Positions 19,801 to 28,822 are shown, counted from the first letter of the stretch. The stretch: DNA of 31,899 bases from Ignavibacteriales bacterium (GCA_037441705.1 JBBIRR010000042.1:1-31899), one strand, 5' to 3'. Numbers and translations are program-made. The notes: generated by a model not told the origin, from the sequence alone.

Positions 19801-19972
19801 GTGTGTCTATAATGTGTTAGGACAGCTCGTAGCAACGCTGCTCGAGATGCAGGTCGAGGGAGGGCATCATCGTATTCGCTGGCACGCAGACACGGCGCCG
19901 AGTGGTGTGTACTTCATACGTTTGGAGACTGCAATGGGTATGCGGGTACTTCCGGCCGTTCTCCTTCGTTGA
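16847..19972 (+). CDS. T9SS-secreted multidomain protein: unknown ~550-aa putative catalytic domain + 2 PKD/Ig-like repeats + LamG/ConA-like domain + type A CTD
   Basis: Signal peptide ending RALT-Q; LVAFYPFNG.AQD.SG.GNHG...F.GVLDDIRIYN LamG signature; PNYPNPFN...SGVYFIRL CTD; TAATG coupling to the upstream gene. Confidence 0.85.
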   Translation: MLRQRRHLVLTIILITTRALTQQVTVPRIEQMPNMPSPYFMRDWKAVARGYDSLVFDFSRAGTHLPLGEIVTSTINYPNHPSFGLHSYVGTNFPTTREAINCLPAVIGATLAGINKSNQHGRNWALMAEEWFNRRPAQNVYKNGWVDDSGEDFWYLTMPNVFFYQLNALYPHTGDFDYQFTMVADRWLQAVGVMGGRTTPWQVPNINHRGWFLQTMTPYDQGVRQPEAAGALAWLFYHAYTQTDSEKYRIGAEWAMEFLDNYGSNPSYELQLPYGTYLAARMNAELGTSYNVERMLNWCFDVGPLRSWGAIVGRWGAYDVSGLIGEVNGTNDYAFAMNTFEHIGALVPLVRYDDRFARAIGKWVLNAANAARLFYPAFLPDSLQDNAAWARQHDSLSVIAYEGLRQVRNGRSPYGTGDAMAAGWAQTNLGLYGSSHVGILAGIIDTTNVPMILRLNVLATDYYHAPAYPTYLYFNPYPQTQAVRISLGAGMHDLYDAVQNTFVLRNVTGDVFLPIASNSASLVVITPAGGTVSYHLDQLLVHGIIADYRSGVPVANYPPRIKALAAERPTVVRDSATQVFCTAVDRDNDPLLYLWQASAGTLFGSGSNVVWVAPDTVGSATLRCIVTDGRGGSDTASILINVVAFINRPPTIVEITAHPRKIHLSGSADVVCTAADPDGDSLSYRWSAPAGTFSGSGPRVVWTAPSVPMDVTLQCLVSDGRGGQAEDSVRVRVRDLSVLQSGNLVAFYPFNGSAQDASGFGNHGTVHGATLTSDRRGHPNSAYAFDGLASFIEVPVSPSLGFQQAATISFWMNIERFYDREQYPLSHGNWQNRWKISLSNRRARWTIKTTAGIKDLDSEVELTTGIWYNITTLYDGSDIEVYLNGELNAFSTWSGQILQTPIALTIGQVLPGNQSYNFAGVLDDIRIYNYALPYDTIRALGSDITSASQNEHTPTSLRLEPNYPNPFNASTTIRFTVPEPTHVRLCVYNVLGQLVATLLEMQVEGGHHRIRWHADTAPSGVYFIRLETAMGMRVLPAVLLR
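18512..19050 (+). repeat. Two tandem ~91-aa PKD/Ig-like repeats within the CDS
   Basis: NxPPxI...CTAxDxDxDxLxYxWxAxAGTxxGSGxxVVWxAP...TLxCxVxDGRGG occurs at 18512 and again at 18785. Confidence 0.85.
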
Positions 19973-20001
19973 TTGTTTCAAGTATTGATTTGAAAAGTGA
20001 G

Positions 20002-22455
20002 ATGAAAAAGATCAGTCTTCGAGGCACGTGGCAATTCCGAGGCTTGCATCCGACTCCGACTCTTCCGCGCAACCGCAGGGGCATCCTGCATTGGATGCAA
20101 GCCAGCGTTCCCGGAACAGTCCACACAGACCTGATGAGGCATCACCGAATTCCCAATCCCTTTCATGGCATGAATGAAACGGAGGTAAAGTGGGTAGATG
20201 ACCTCCAGTGGCAATACCGCAAAAGCTTTGAGGTTCCTTCATCGTTCCTCGAACATGAGGTAATCGAACTGGTTGCCGAAGGATTGGATACGTACGCAAC
20301 GGTCAGTCTCAACGGAAAGGAACTCGGGCAAACTGCCAACATGTTCATGACGCATCGCTTCGATGTGAAGCCTCAGCTCCAACGAGCGAACACTCTGGAG
20401 ATTGTCTTCGACTCACCGACCATCCGCGCCAAACAATTGGAGCAGCAACACGGTCACCTCCGCGTCGCCTTGCAGTCGCATCGTGTGTATGTTCGCAAAG
20501 CGCAGTATTCGTTTGGGTGGGACTGGGGTCCGCAGCTACCCACATCGGGCATCTGGCGAGATATTTCACTGCAGGCGTATTCGTACGCACGGCTTCAGCA
20601 CCCGTTTGTGAAGGTGCTTTCCGTGGCAGACAAGGAAGCAATGGTTGAATTATCGGTAGAGATCGTGCGGTGCAGTCCTACACCGATCCACGTCCGGGTA
20701 AGCGTGCATGGACATGGCACTTCGTTCGAACAGACCATCCCCGTTTCAAGCGATCGTATGATTGTGATGGTTCCCATCATCCGGCCGAAGCTCTGGTGGC
20801 CCAACGGATTGGGCGAGCCGTCATTGTACACTGCCGTCTTTTCTCTGCTGAAGGATGATGAAGAGATTGATGTGGTGGAGGTGCCCTTCGGAATACGCAC
20901 GGTTCGATTAGTTCAGGAGCCGGATCATCGGGGGAAGTCGTTCGTGTTCGAGATCAATGGAACGAACGTCTTCTGCAAAGGTGCCGATTGGATTCCGTGT
21001 GACTCGTTTCTCCCCCGCGTGTCTCAAGCCACCTACAAACGGCTGCTGCATCTCGCGCACCACGCACACATGAACATGCTTCGCGTATGGGGCGGCGGCA
21101 TTTACGAACACGACCTTTTCTACCATCTGTGCGATCAGTTGGGCTTGATGGTGTGGCAGGATTTCATGTTTGCATGCGCCGAGTATCCGGAAGAACCCTG
21201 GTTTATCCAGCAGGTGACCGGCGAAGCCGAACAGGTCCTCAACCGCCTGCGCAATCATCCTTCCATCGTGCTGTGGTGCGGCAACAATGAATGCGAGTGG
21301 CTCTTTTGCACCGAGCAGCCCGACAAATCTCCCGATGACATGCGCGGGTCGAAGATCTTTCGCGACATTCTGCCTTCCATCTGCGAGACGCTCGACGGCA
21401 CACGACCGTATTGGCGCAGCTCGCCGTTCGGCGAAGGGTTTCCGAACGATGAATCGAACGGGAACCATCACGAGTGGATTGTCTGGAGCGGTTGGAAGGA
21501 CTTTACCGAATACGAAAACAACGACGCACGCTTCATCACGGAATTCGGCTTTCAGGCTCCCGCACATCGTAGAACAATGGAGACGGTGCTTCCGCCCACC
21601 GAGAAATACCCGCAAAGCCGAAGCATGGAGTATCACAACAAACAGACCGAGGGAATGGAGCGTCTGGTGCGGTTCCTTGCCCGTCATCATAACATTACGG
21701 GGGACTTTGACAAGTTCATTTATCGCTCGCAGCTGGTGCAGGCCGAGGCACTCAAGCGCGGTGTCGAACACTGGCGCCGGCGCAAGTTCGAGACCGGCGG
21801 CGCCCTCTTCTGGCAACTGAACGATTGCTGGCCCGTCATCAGTTGGTCGGTCATTGATTACGATCTGCGCCCCAAGGCAGCATACTACTACGCCCGACGA
21901 TTCTTTGCGCCCGTTCTCCTGAGCTACCGGCGCGTGGGCACAACGCTTGAACTCTGGCTTACCAACGACACGCTTCACCGCGTTGCGGCCGGACTCCATG
22001 TCTCTTTCCGCACATTTTGGGGAGACGTTCTCTGGAAAAAAAGCAAGCGCGTTTCCGTTGCCCCGAATACGTCGAAATGTGTCGCGCAATTCGATCTTTC
22101 CCCTTTTTCGCATCACGACCCGGCAGTGCATTACTTCCATGCTCAGCTCGATCATGAAGAGCATGCTTGCGAGCAACGATACTTCCTTCTGGAGCCGAAG
22201 CATCTCCGTCTGCCGGAACCTCGAATACGTAGCCGCATCCACCAGCATTCACCAGGAGAAATCCTTCTGAAAGTGTCGACGCGACATTTTGTGAAGGATG
22301 TCTGTCTGGACATCAAACGCGGAGAGGCGTTCTTCGAGGATAACTTTTTCGATCTCGATCCACGAACCTCGAAATTGATTCGTGTTCGCTCGAACCTCAC
22401 GCCCGGAAGGTTCTTCGAGCGCCTCACGATCTCGTCGTTGTATGAGAGGAGATAA
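20002..22455 (+). CDS. GH2 beta-mannosidase (cytoplasmic)
   Basis: RKAQYSFGWDWGP, KGADWIP, NMLRVWGGGIYE, WQDFMF, WCGNNE (acid/base), ITEFG (nucleophile), WQLNDCWP. No signal peptide. ATG at 20002. Confidence 0.93.
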   Translation: MKKISLRGTWQFRGLHPTPTLPRNRRGILHWMQASVPGTVHTDLMRHHRIPNPFHGMNETEVKWVDDLQWQYRKSFEVPSSFLEHEVIELVAEGLDTYATVSLNGKELGQTANMFMTHRFDVKPQLQRANTLEIVFDSPTIRAKQLEQQHGHLRVALQSHRVYVRKAQYSFGWDWGPQLPTSGIWRDISLQAYSYARLQHPFVKVLSVADKEAMVELSVEIVRCSPTPIHVRVSVHGHGTSFEQTIPVSSDRMIVMVPIIRPKLWWPNGLGEPSLYTAVFSLLKDDEEIDVVEVPFGIRTVRLVQEPDHRGKSFVFEINGTNVFCKGADWIPCDSFLPRVSQATYKRLLHLAHHAHMNMLRVWGGGIYEHDLFYHLCDQLGLMVWQDFMFACAEYPEEPWFIQQVTGEAEQVLNRLRNHPSIVLWCGNNECEWLFCTEQPDKSPDDMRGSKIFRDILPSICETLDGTRPYWRSSPFGEGFPNDESNGNHHEWIVWSGWKDFTEYENNDARFITEFGFQAPAHRRTMETVLPPTEKYPQSRSMEYHNKQTEGMERLVRFLARHHNITGDFDKFIYRSQLVQAEALKRGVEHWRRRKFETGGALFWQLNDCWPVISWSVIDYDLRPKAAYYYARRFFAPVLLSYRRVGTTLELWLTNDTLHRVAAGLHVSFRTFWGDVLWKKSKRVSVAPNTSKCVAQFDLSPFSHHDPAVHYFHAQLDHEEHACEQRYFLLEPKHLRLPEPRIRSRIHQHSPGEILLKVSTRHFVKDVCLDIKRGEAFFEDNFFDLDPRTSKLIRVRSNLTPGRFFERLTISSLYERR

Positions 22456-22459
22456 CCGA

Positions 22460-23512
22460 ATGGTGCCACATGTTGAACGGCTGAACGGCGGACAACCGCT
22501 TCTCGAACGGGTCGCCTCCCATCCGTGGGAAAGCAGGGTTACGTTCAATCCAGCATGTATACTCGTGCAGGATCGGGATTCCCTTGGACGGATTATTGCG
22601 AGCCTCCCCTTTCCCTCTGGGATCAAACATCAGCTCGAGCAGGAGGAGGCACTCTGCTTCTTGATCTACCGCGCGCAGGGAATGCGAACGCCGGATTGCG
22701 ATTACACGGCGTCGTCACTTGGGCTGGCCGTCCTCACGCCTGACCTGAAACTTCTTGCCCGACACGAGTCCCCAATCCTTGTTCCGCAGTACGAGTTTGA
22801 GAATCTCGGTCTTGAAGACGCACGCCTGACGAAAGTGGAGGAGAGATTCGTTTTGCTGTACACAGCATACGGTCGTCATTCTCCGCGCAACTCAATCCGG
22901 ATTGCGATGGCATCGAGTGAGGATCTGGTTCACTGGGAGAAGCACGGATTGGTTCAAGCGGATTTCAATACGGTGGATAACAAGAATGCGATGCTCTTCG
23001 AGCGGACAACCGGTGGGAAGTATCTGATGCTCCATCGCCCGATGGAAGGTGAGCATGCCATGGCGATTCATTGGGCAGAGGCGGACGACCCGTTCGGGAC
23101 ATGGCGTTCGCGCGGCCTTTTGATGAAGGCGCTTCCCAATCCCGCCTTTGCCGAAACCTGGGTCGGCGGCGGTGCACCGCCGTTGTGGCTCGGGGACACG
23201 CGATACCTCATGCTATACCACATCGGCAATCGCAGGGCCGGAGGCGAAAGAGAGTACGATCTGGGCATTGCGATCGTTGATGCTGAAGGCGACCAACCGA
23301 TCGTTCGTCGCGACGAGCCGCTGCTGCGTCCGGAAACCGTCTATGAAACGCTGGGAGACGAAGAGCTCGGCGTCAACAACGTGGTGTTCATTTGCGGCGC
23401 GTACTTCCATCACGGCGACCTGTACTTTCCGTACGCAGGAGCCGATAGTGTGGTCTTGGGCGGAAGGGTTTGCAGGGCAGAATTGGAAACGTATCTTGCC
23501 GGTACCAGCTAA
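22460..23512 (+). CDS. GH130 beta-mannoside phosphorylase/hydrolase
   Basis: WES.VTFNPA, YRA, LEDARLT, YTAY, S.DLVHW, NKNA.LF, HRP, GG.PP, YH, VNNVVF.CG. ATG at 22460 with SD gaggag. Confidence 0.9.
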   Translation: MVPHVERLNGGQPLLERVASHPWESRVTFNPACILVQDRDSLGRIIASLPFPSGIKHQLEQEEALCFLIYRAQGMRTPDCDYTASSLGLAVLTPDLKLLARHESPILVPQYEFENLGLEDARLTKVEERFVLLYTAYGRHSPRNSIRIAMASSEDLVHWEKHGLVQADFNTVDNKNAMLFERTTGGKYLMLHRPMEGEHAMAIHWAEADDPFGTWRSRGLLMKALPNPAFAETWVGGGAPPLWLGDTRYLMLYHIGNRRAGGEREYDLGIAIVDAEGDQPIVRRDEPLLRPETVYETLGDEELGVNNVVFICGAYFHHGDLYFPYAGADSVVLGGRVCRAELETYLAGTS

Positions 23513-23537
23513 GACGTCAACCGAGCGCGTCGCATCC

Positions 23538-24848
23538 TTACCGCAGTGCGTGGACGATATCTTTCGCGGGCCGCTTCCCCCTCACTCCGTCTGTTCTGCA
23601 CCGCTTCTCGAACTCGTCGCGGAAGCGCTTGATCATGCTTTGCACGGGCCACGCCGCGGCATCGCCCAACGCGCAGATCGTATTCCCTTCGATGTTGTTG
23701 GCAACATCGAGCAGGAGGTCAATGTCCTCCAGTGTGGCTTCGTAATTCTCAAACCGCTTCAGCAGCTTGAACATCCACACTGTTCCTTCGCGACAGGGCG
23801 TGCACTGGCCGCATGATTCGTGATAGTAGAATTTGGTGATGCGCGTGATCACCTTGATGAGGTCCGTATCTTCGTCCATCACAATCAATCCCGCCGTGCC
23901 GACGGAAGAGCCGGCGGCTTTCAAGCCTTCCGCGTCCATCGTCACTCCTTCGATGCTGTCGCCGCGGAGAATCATCGTGGACGAGCCGCCCGGAATGACG
24001 GCTTTGATTTTTTTCTGGCCGGGCACGCCGCGGCCGTATGTCTCTCCAATCGAAGGATTCCCGTAAATCAAGTCCGTCAGCAGCGTACCGGTAGGCACTT
24101 CATACACGCCCGGTGCGTTCACATGCCCGCTGATGCCCACGAGGATCGGGCCGGGATGTTTCGGATGGCCGATCTTCGAGTATGCCTCCCATCCTAACCG
24201 TAAGATGATCGGCACGTTGGCGATCGTCTCCACATTGTTGATGGTTGTGGGACAGCCCCACAGACCGAACTGCGCGGGAAACGGCGGCTTGACGCGCGGA
24301 TAGCCGCGCTCCCCTTCAATCGAGTTCATCAACGCCGATTCCTCGCCGCAGATGTACGCCCCTGCGCCGCGATGAATGTAGAACTGCGTGCTGAACCCCG
24401 AACCAAGAATATTCTCGCCGATGTAGCCGCGTGCGTATGCGTCGTCCACCGCCTTCTGCACCATTTTGATCCACTTGTTGTACTCGCCCCGCACGTACAG
24501 GTAAATCGTTTGCACGCCCATCGCGTATGCCGCGATCAATCCTCCTTCAATCATCAGGTGGGGATTGAACTCGAAGATCTGCCGGTCCTTGAACGTTCCC
24601 GGTTCACTCTCGTCGCCGTTGATGCACAGGTACTTCGGCTTGTCCGTTTGCTTCGGCATGAATGTCCACTTCAACCCTGTCGGGAAGCACGCGCCGCCGC
24701 GACCCCGCAGGTTGCTTTTCTTCACCTCTTCGGTCACTTCTTCGGGTTTCATGCCCAATGCCTTCCGCAGCATCTGGTAGCCGCCGTTGGCTTCGTACAC
24801 GTCAATCTTGTGAAGGTCTTTTATTTTCGGAAGGAGGAGTTTTTCCAT
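23538..24848 (-). CDS. nuoF: NADH-quinone oxidoreductase subunit F
   Basis: LRGRGGA.FPTGLKW, DESEPGTFKDR, GAGAYICGEE, ESCGQCTPCREG, ICALG. Confidence 0.97.
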   Translation of the reverse strand: MEKLLLPKIKDLHKIDVYEANGGYQMLRKALGMKPEEVTEEVKKSNLRGRGGACFPTGLKWTFMPKQTDKPKYLCINGDESEPGTFKDRQIFEFNPHLMIEGGLIAAYAMGVQTIYLYVRGEYNKWIKMVQKAVDDAYARGYIGENILGSGFSTQFYIHRGAGAYICGEESALMNSIEGERGYPRVKPPFPAQFGLWGCPTTINNVETIANVPIILRLGWEAYSKIGHPKHPGPILVGISGHVNAPGVYEVPTGTLLTDLIYGNPSIGETYGRGVPGQKKIKAVIPGGSSTMILRGDSIEGVTMDAEGLKAAGSSVGTAGLIVMDEDTDLIKVITRITKFYYHESCGQCTPCREGTVWMFKLLKRFENYEATLEDIDLLLDVANNIEGNTICALGDAAAWPVQSMIKRFRDEFEKRCRTDGVRGKRPAKDIVHALR

Positions 24849-24877
24849 GCTTTCTCAATCGTGAAGTTTGTGCATAC

Positions 24878-25465
24878 TCAACTCGACACACCTATTTTTG
24901 CAGGCCAGAGTTTTTGAAGGCCGAGACCGATTACCCACAAACCGAAAGCCGCTAACATCGTCGTGGCGGCCCAGAAGATGCCGTACGTGGCAAAGAAGTC
25001 TTCCAATCCGTCATACACTCTGTGTGCGATGTTCACATTCAACTCTGCGGGAGTGATCATGCGGCACATCTGCTGTATCGCTATGTACCAGACGCTCGCG
25101 TACAACCAGGTATGCGCGTCGGCGCCGACGCGGGAGATGGCAATCAGCCCCACAATGAGTCCTCCGATATGCGCAAGAACGGAGGGCAGCGTCGTACCCT
25201 CCCTCGCCACCACGAACCAGAGCCACAGTCCCAATCCGAGCAGCAACCAGGACACGCCGATGCGGATCGAATGCGCTACGCGCAGAAAAATACCGAACGC
25301 AATCAACAGGTTCCCGATGATGCACATCCACAACATGTGCGGCCAGCCGCCGTCACGCCAATCTGCAAGCGCGTGGAGCATGAAGAACACTAACGGCAGC
25401 ACGCCGAGAAGTCGGTGGGGATGGAGGGCAGCAGCGGGTTTGTTTCGGCCGGATTCAACATTCAT
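24878..25465 (-). CDS. Hypothetical integral membrane protein (about 6 TM) inside the nuo operon
   Basis: Co-oriented and fills the nuoE-nuoF gap; SD-like gagaggg upstream; alternating hydrophobic helices. Confidence 0.75.
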   Translation of the reverse strand: MNVESGRNKPAAALHPHRLLGVLPLVFFMLHALADWRDGGWPHMLWMCIIGNLLIAFGIFLRVAHSIRIGVSWLLLGLGLWLWFVVAREGTTLPSVLAHIGGLIVGLIAISRVGADAHTWLYASVWYIAIQQMCRMITPAELNVNIAHRVYDGLEDFFATYGIFWAATTMLAAFGLWVIGLGLQKLWPAKIGVSS

Positions 25466-25489
25466 GCACGCCCTCTCCCGCGCGTAGAG

Positions 25490-25954
25490 CTATCGCAGCT
25501 CGGCAAGCAACCGATCCACTTTCGCTTCGTCGAGGTTCTCGTAGTACTCATCGCCGCATTGCAGCATCGGAGCGCCGCCGCAGGCCCCGAGGCACTCAGC
25601 TTCGACGAGCGTGAAGCGCCTGTCGGGGGTCGTCTCCCCTACCTTGATGCCGAGCCGGTTTTCGATATGCTTCAGAATTTTTTCTGCGTTGCGCAGCATG
25701 CAGGAAACATTCGTGCACACTTCCAGCTTATACCTCCCGACCGGCTCTTTGTTGAACATCGTGTAGAACGTCACCACGCCGTACACATGATGCGCGGGAA
25801 TGCCCAGGATGCGTGCGACGTATTCCATCCCCTCTTTCGAAATCCAGCCGTATTGCTCCTGCCACATCCAGAGTGCTTCGAGCACAACGGACTGCGGATG
25901 CTGGTAGCGTTTCTTCAGTTCTTCGATTCTCTTGAGAGATTGTTCAGAGAGCAT
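25490..25954 (-). CDS. nuoE: NADH-quinone oxidoreductase subunit E
   Basis: VVTFYTMF, CTNVSC and ECLGACGGAP 2Fe-2S ligands. Confidence 0.96.
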   Translation of the reverse strand: MLSEQSLKRIEELKKRYQHPQSVVLEALWMWQEQYGWISKEGMEYVARILGIPAHHVYGVVTFYTMFNKEPVGRYKLEVCTNVSCMLRNAEKILKHIENRLGIKVGETTPDRRFTLVEAECLGACGGAPMLQCGDEYYENLDEAKVDRLLAELR

Positions 25955-26028
25955 GCGTGTTCAATGAGTGATTCATTTCAACATCTTGATCCATCAGCTA
26001 ATCACCATCACCGGCTCGCGTCCATCGG

Positions 26029-27285
26029 TTACTTATCGGCTTCGCCCATCACGGGGTCGATGCTGCCGATGATGGCAACGATATCCGAGACCATCGCTCC
26101 GCGGCACATTGCCGGAAGTGCGGAGAGATTAACCATGGACGGACTGCGGATCTTCATCCGCCACGGGTGTCCCGTTCCGTCACTCACGATGTAGATGCCG
26201 AACTCTCCTTTGGATGATTCGATGCCCTGGTACACTTCCCCCACCGGCGGATCAATACCGAGATTGATGAGCATGAAGTCGTGAATGAGCTCTTCCATTT
26301 TAGTGTAGATGCGCTCCTTGCGTGGGAGGACTTTCTTTGCCTCCTGCGCATGAATCGGCCCGTGCGGCATCTTTTCTAATGCCTGTCGAAGAATTCTGGC
26401 GCTCTCCTTTGCTTCCGAAAACCGAACGTAGAACCGGGCAAGCGCATCGCTTTCGGTCGCCGTTATGACATCGAAATCCAACTCGTCGTACACAAGATAG
26501 GGATTGTCGCGCCGCAGGTCGCGCGGCACGCCCGAGGCGCGAAGAATCGGGCCGGTCATTCCCATGCTGAGGCAATCTTCGCGCGAAAGGTAGCCAACCC
26601 CTTCGCAGCGATCAATAAAGATGCGATTGGTAAAGAGAAGATCCTGCACTTCCTGCATGTCCCGGTCGAACTCATCGAGGAATTTCCTCAGCATCTGCGT
26701 GCAGGTATCGGTCCAATCCTGCATCAGTCCACCGATGCGCGTGTAGCTCGTGGTGAAGCGCGCGCCGCAGAGAACATCGTAGATATCCATCAGCTTCTCG
26801 CGTTCGCGGAAGGTCCACAGCAGCACCGTCAGCGCGCCGACATCCATCGCCATGCTGCCGATCGCCACGAGATGCGAAGCGATACGCGCCATCTCGCAAA
26901 TCATCACACGAATGAATTGCGCACGCCGCGGCACCTCGACGCCGATAAGCTTCTCCACCGCCATCACGTACCCGACATTGTTCGAGAGAGGCGAGAGGTA
27001 ATCCAGCCGATCGGTATGCGGGATGAATTCATGGTAGGTCGCGTTCTCGGCAATCTTCTCATACCCGCGATGCAGGTAGCCGAGTTCGGGAACGCAGTTG
27101 ACCACGCGCTCGCCGTCCAGCTTCAACAGCACGCGCAGCACGCCGTGCGTCGCCGGGTGTTGCGGACCCATGTTGAGAATCATCGTGTTCTCAAGCGGGT
27201 CATCAATCGTAATGGAAGTGTCGGCGTCTTCGAGAGCCTGAAGGATCTGGGGTTTCTTTGAATGGTCGGTAACGAACATGGTCAT
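26029..27285 (-). CDS. nuoD: NADH-quinone oxidoreductase subunit D
   Basis: LNMGPQHPATHGVLR, GYLHRG.EK, DRLDY, SIDPVMGEADK. Confidence 0.97.
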   Translation of the reverse strand: MTMFVTDHSKKPQILQALEDADTSITIDDPLENTMILNMGPQHPATHGVLRVLLKLDGERVVNCVPELGYLHRGYEKIAENATYHEFIPHTDRLDYLSPLSNNVGYVMAVEKLIGVEVPRRAQFIRVMICEMARIASHLVAIGSMAMDVGALTVLLWTFREREKLMDIYDVLCGARFTTSYTRIGGLMQDWTDTCTQMLRKFLDEFDRDMQEVQDLLFTNRIFIDRCEGVGYLSREDCLSMGMTGPILRASGVPRDLRRDNPYLVYDELDFDVITATESDALARFYVRFSEAKESARILRQALEKMPHGPIHAQEAKKVLPRKERIYTKMEELIHDFMLINLGIDPPVGEVYQGIESSKGEFGIYIVSDGTGHPWRMKIRSPSMVNLSALPAMCRGAMVSDIVAIIGSIDPVMGEADK

Positions 27286-27295
27286 CGTTTGCAGT

Positions 27296-27778
27296 TTACT
27301 TCCGCGGCAAAGGAATGGAATCGGGAATGCCCATCAAGGGAAAATCTTTTCGGAGCGGATAGTACTGATAATCTTCCGGCATGTACATGCGGCGCAAGTC
27401 GGGATGACCCGAGAACTTGATGCCGAACATGTCGAACACCTCGCGCTCGTTCCATGCCGCGCCGGCCCACACCGTGGAGAGCGTCGGCGTCACAAGGTCT
27501 TCCTCATCCACCAGCACTTTCAGCCGAAGGTATTTCTTGTTGGCAGTAGAGTAGAGAATGTAGACGACCTCGAATCGGTTTTCGGGTCTATACATATCCA
27601 CGCCTAACGCATCCACCGGCAGGTCGAAGGCAAGCTCGGAATCGTTTTTCAGAAACTCCGCCACCTTCACAACATCGCTCTTCTTTACCTGAACCGTGAG
27701 GTCGCCTCGAAATTCATGCGTTGATTCGATACTGTCGGGGAACCGATTCTTGAGCTTCTCGATGATGAGAGTGTTCAT
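27296..27778 (-). CDS. nuoC: NADH-quinone oxidoreductase subunit C
   Basis: RFEVVY.LYS, W.EREVFDMFGIKFSGHPDLRR, PLRKDFPL. Start at ATG 27778 (or GTG 27805). Confidence 0.95.
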   Translation of the reverse strand: MNTLIIEKLKNRFPDSIESTHEFRGDLTVQVKKSDVVKVAEFLKNDSELAFDLPVDALGVDMYRPENRFEVVYILYSTANKKYLRLKVLVDEEDLVTPTLSTVWAGAAWNEREVFDMFGIKFSGHPDLRRMYMPEDYQYYPLRKDFPLMGIPDSIPLPRK

Positions 27779-27811
27779 ACGTACTGGTCGCTGTTCATGA
27801 CGCACCTCGCC

Positions 27812-28354
27812 TCACGCCGCCTCGCCGACGTTCTCCAGCTCTCCGCGTTCGTTGATTCGTATCGGGCCGCCGCTGATGAGTCTGCCCAGCGTGCGATCCC
27901 CTTCCACTTTCTTCTGAAGCGTGAGGAGGGCATTGAGCAAGTTCTCGGGTCGAGGCGGACAGCCTGCCACGTACACATCCACCGGCATGAACTGGTCAAT
28001 CCCCTGCACGACGGAGTAGGAACGGAACATGCCGCCGCTCGAGGCGCAGGCGCCCATCGAAATCACCCACTTCGGTTCGGGCATCTGATCGTAGATCTTG
28101 CGCACGACTCTCGCCATTTTGTAGGTAACGGTTCCGGCCACAATCATCACATCACACTGGCGCGGCGTAAAGCGCATGACTTCAGAGCCGAACCGCGAGA
28201 TATCGAACCGGGGCGATGCCGTTGCCATCATCTCGATGGCACAGCAGGAAATCCCCATCGGCATGGGCCAGAGGGAGTTCTTTCGAGCCCAATTGATGAC
28301 GGCATCCAGCTTCGTGAGCAGGAAGCCGTCCTGTTCAATGCGTGCTAATCCCAT
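27812..28354 (-). CDS. nuoB: NADH-quinone oxidoreductase subunit B
   Basis: [37 protein letters not shown]. Likely start ATG 28354, overlapping the nuoA end. Confidence 0.96.
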   Translation of the reverse strand: MGLARIEQDGFLLTKLDAVINWARKNSLWPMPMGISCCAIEMMATASPRFDISRFGSEVMRFTPRQCDVMIVAGTVTYKMARVVRKIYDQMPEPKWVISMGACASSGGMFRSYSVVQGIDQFMPVDVYVAGCPPRPENLLNALLTLQKKVEGDRTLGRLISGGPIRINERGELENVGEAA

Positions 28355-28701
28355 TGCAGCGCTCCTTTCCTCCAGATGTAAAGAAACCCCACCAACAACA
28401 CGATGATGAACACCATCATCTCCACGAACCCGAACAGGCCCAACTCCTTGAACCCCACCGCCCACGGATACATGAAGACAATTTCGATATCGAACACAAT
28501 GAACAGCATGGCAACGAGATAGAACTTCACCGAGAAGCGTTCACGCGCGGTGCGGATCGGCTCCATGCCGCTCTCGTACGTGGAGAGTTTCTCCTCGTTC
28601 GGCTTTTTCGGACCGATCCACCTGTTGATGTTGGCAAGCACGATGCCGAAGACGACCGCCAACACCATCATGATTCCTATGGGTGCGTATTGCTCAAGCA
28701 T
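28345..28701 (-). CDS. nuoA: NADH-quinone oxidoreductase subunit A
   Basis: [34 protein letters not shown]. Confidence 0.97.
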   Translation of the reverse strand: MLEQYAPIGIMMVLAVVFGIVLANINRWIGPKKPNEEKLSTYESGMEPIRTARERFSVKFYLVAMLFIVFDIEIVFMYPWAVGFKELGLFGFVEMMVFIIVLLVGFLYIWRKGALQWD

Positions 28702-28737
28702 TTCTCTTCACGCATAAGATGGAAAAAACCCTCCAAA

Positions 28738-28766
28738 AAGGTAGAGAAAATGGAGCCGAAAGGCAA
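28738..28766 (-). promoter_or_regulatory. Putative sigma70-type promoter of the nuo operon
   Basis: Minus strand TTGCCT-N17-TACCTT, about 36 nt upstream of the nuoA ATG. Confidence 0.5.
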
Positions 28767-28822
28767 GGAAGAGAAAAGTGCGCGTAGCATCCCATTCAGC
28801 ACTGAACGAAAATGTGCGCACC

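Noticed and set aside
20908-22248. 446-aa minus-strand ORF
   Set aside because: It lies entirely opposite the well-supported GH2 and has no protein-like motifs.
7498-28465. Upstream ORF-track starts (7498, 8777, 19969, 22382, 28465)
   Set aside because: They overlap neighbouring genes; downstream ATGs with better spacing or SD sites and family-typical N-termini were used instead.
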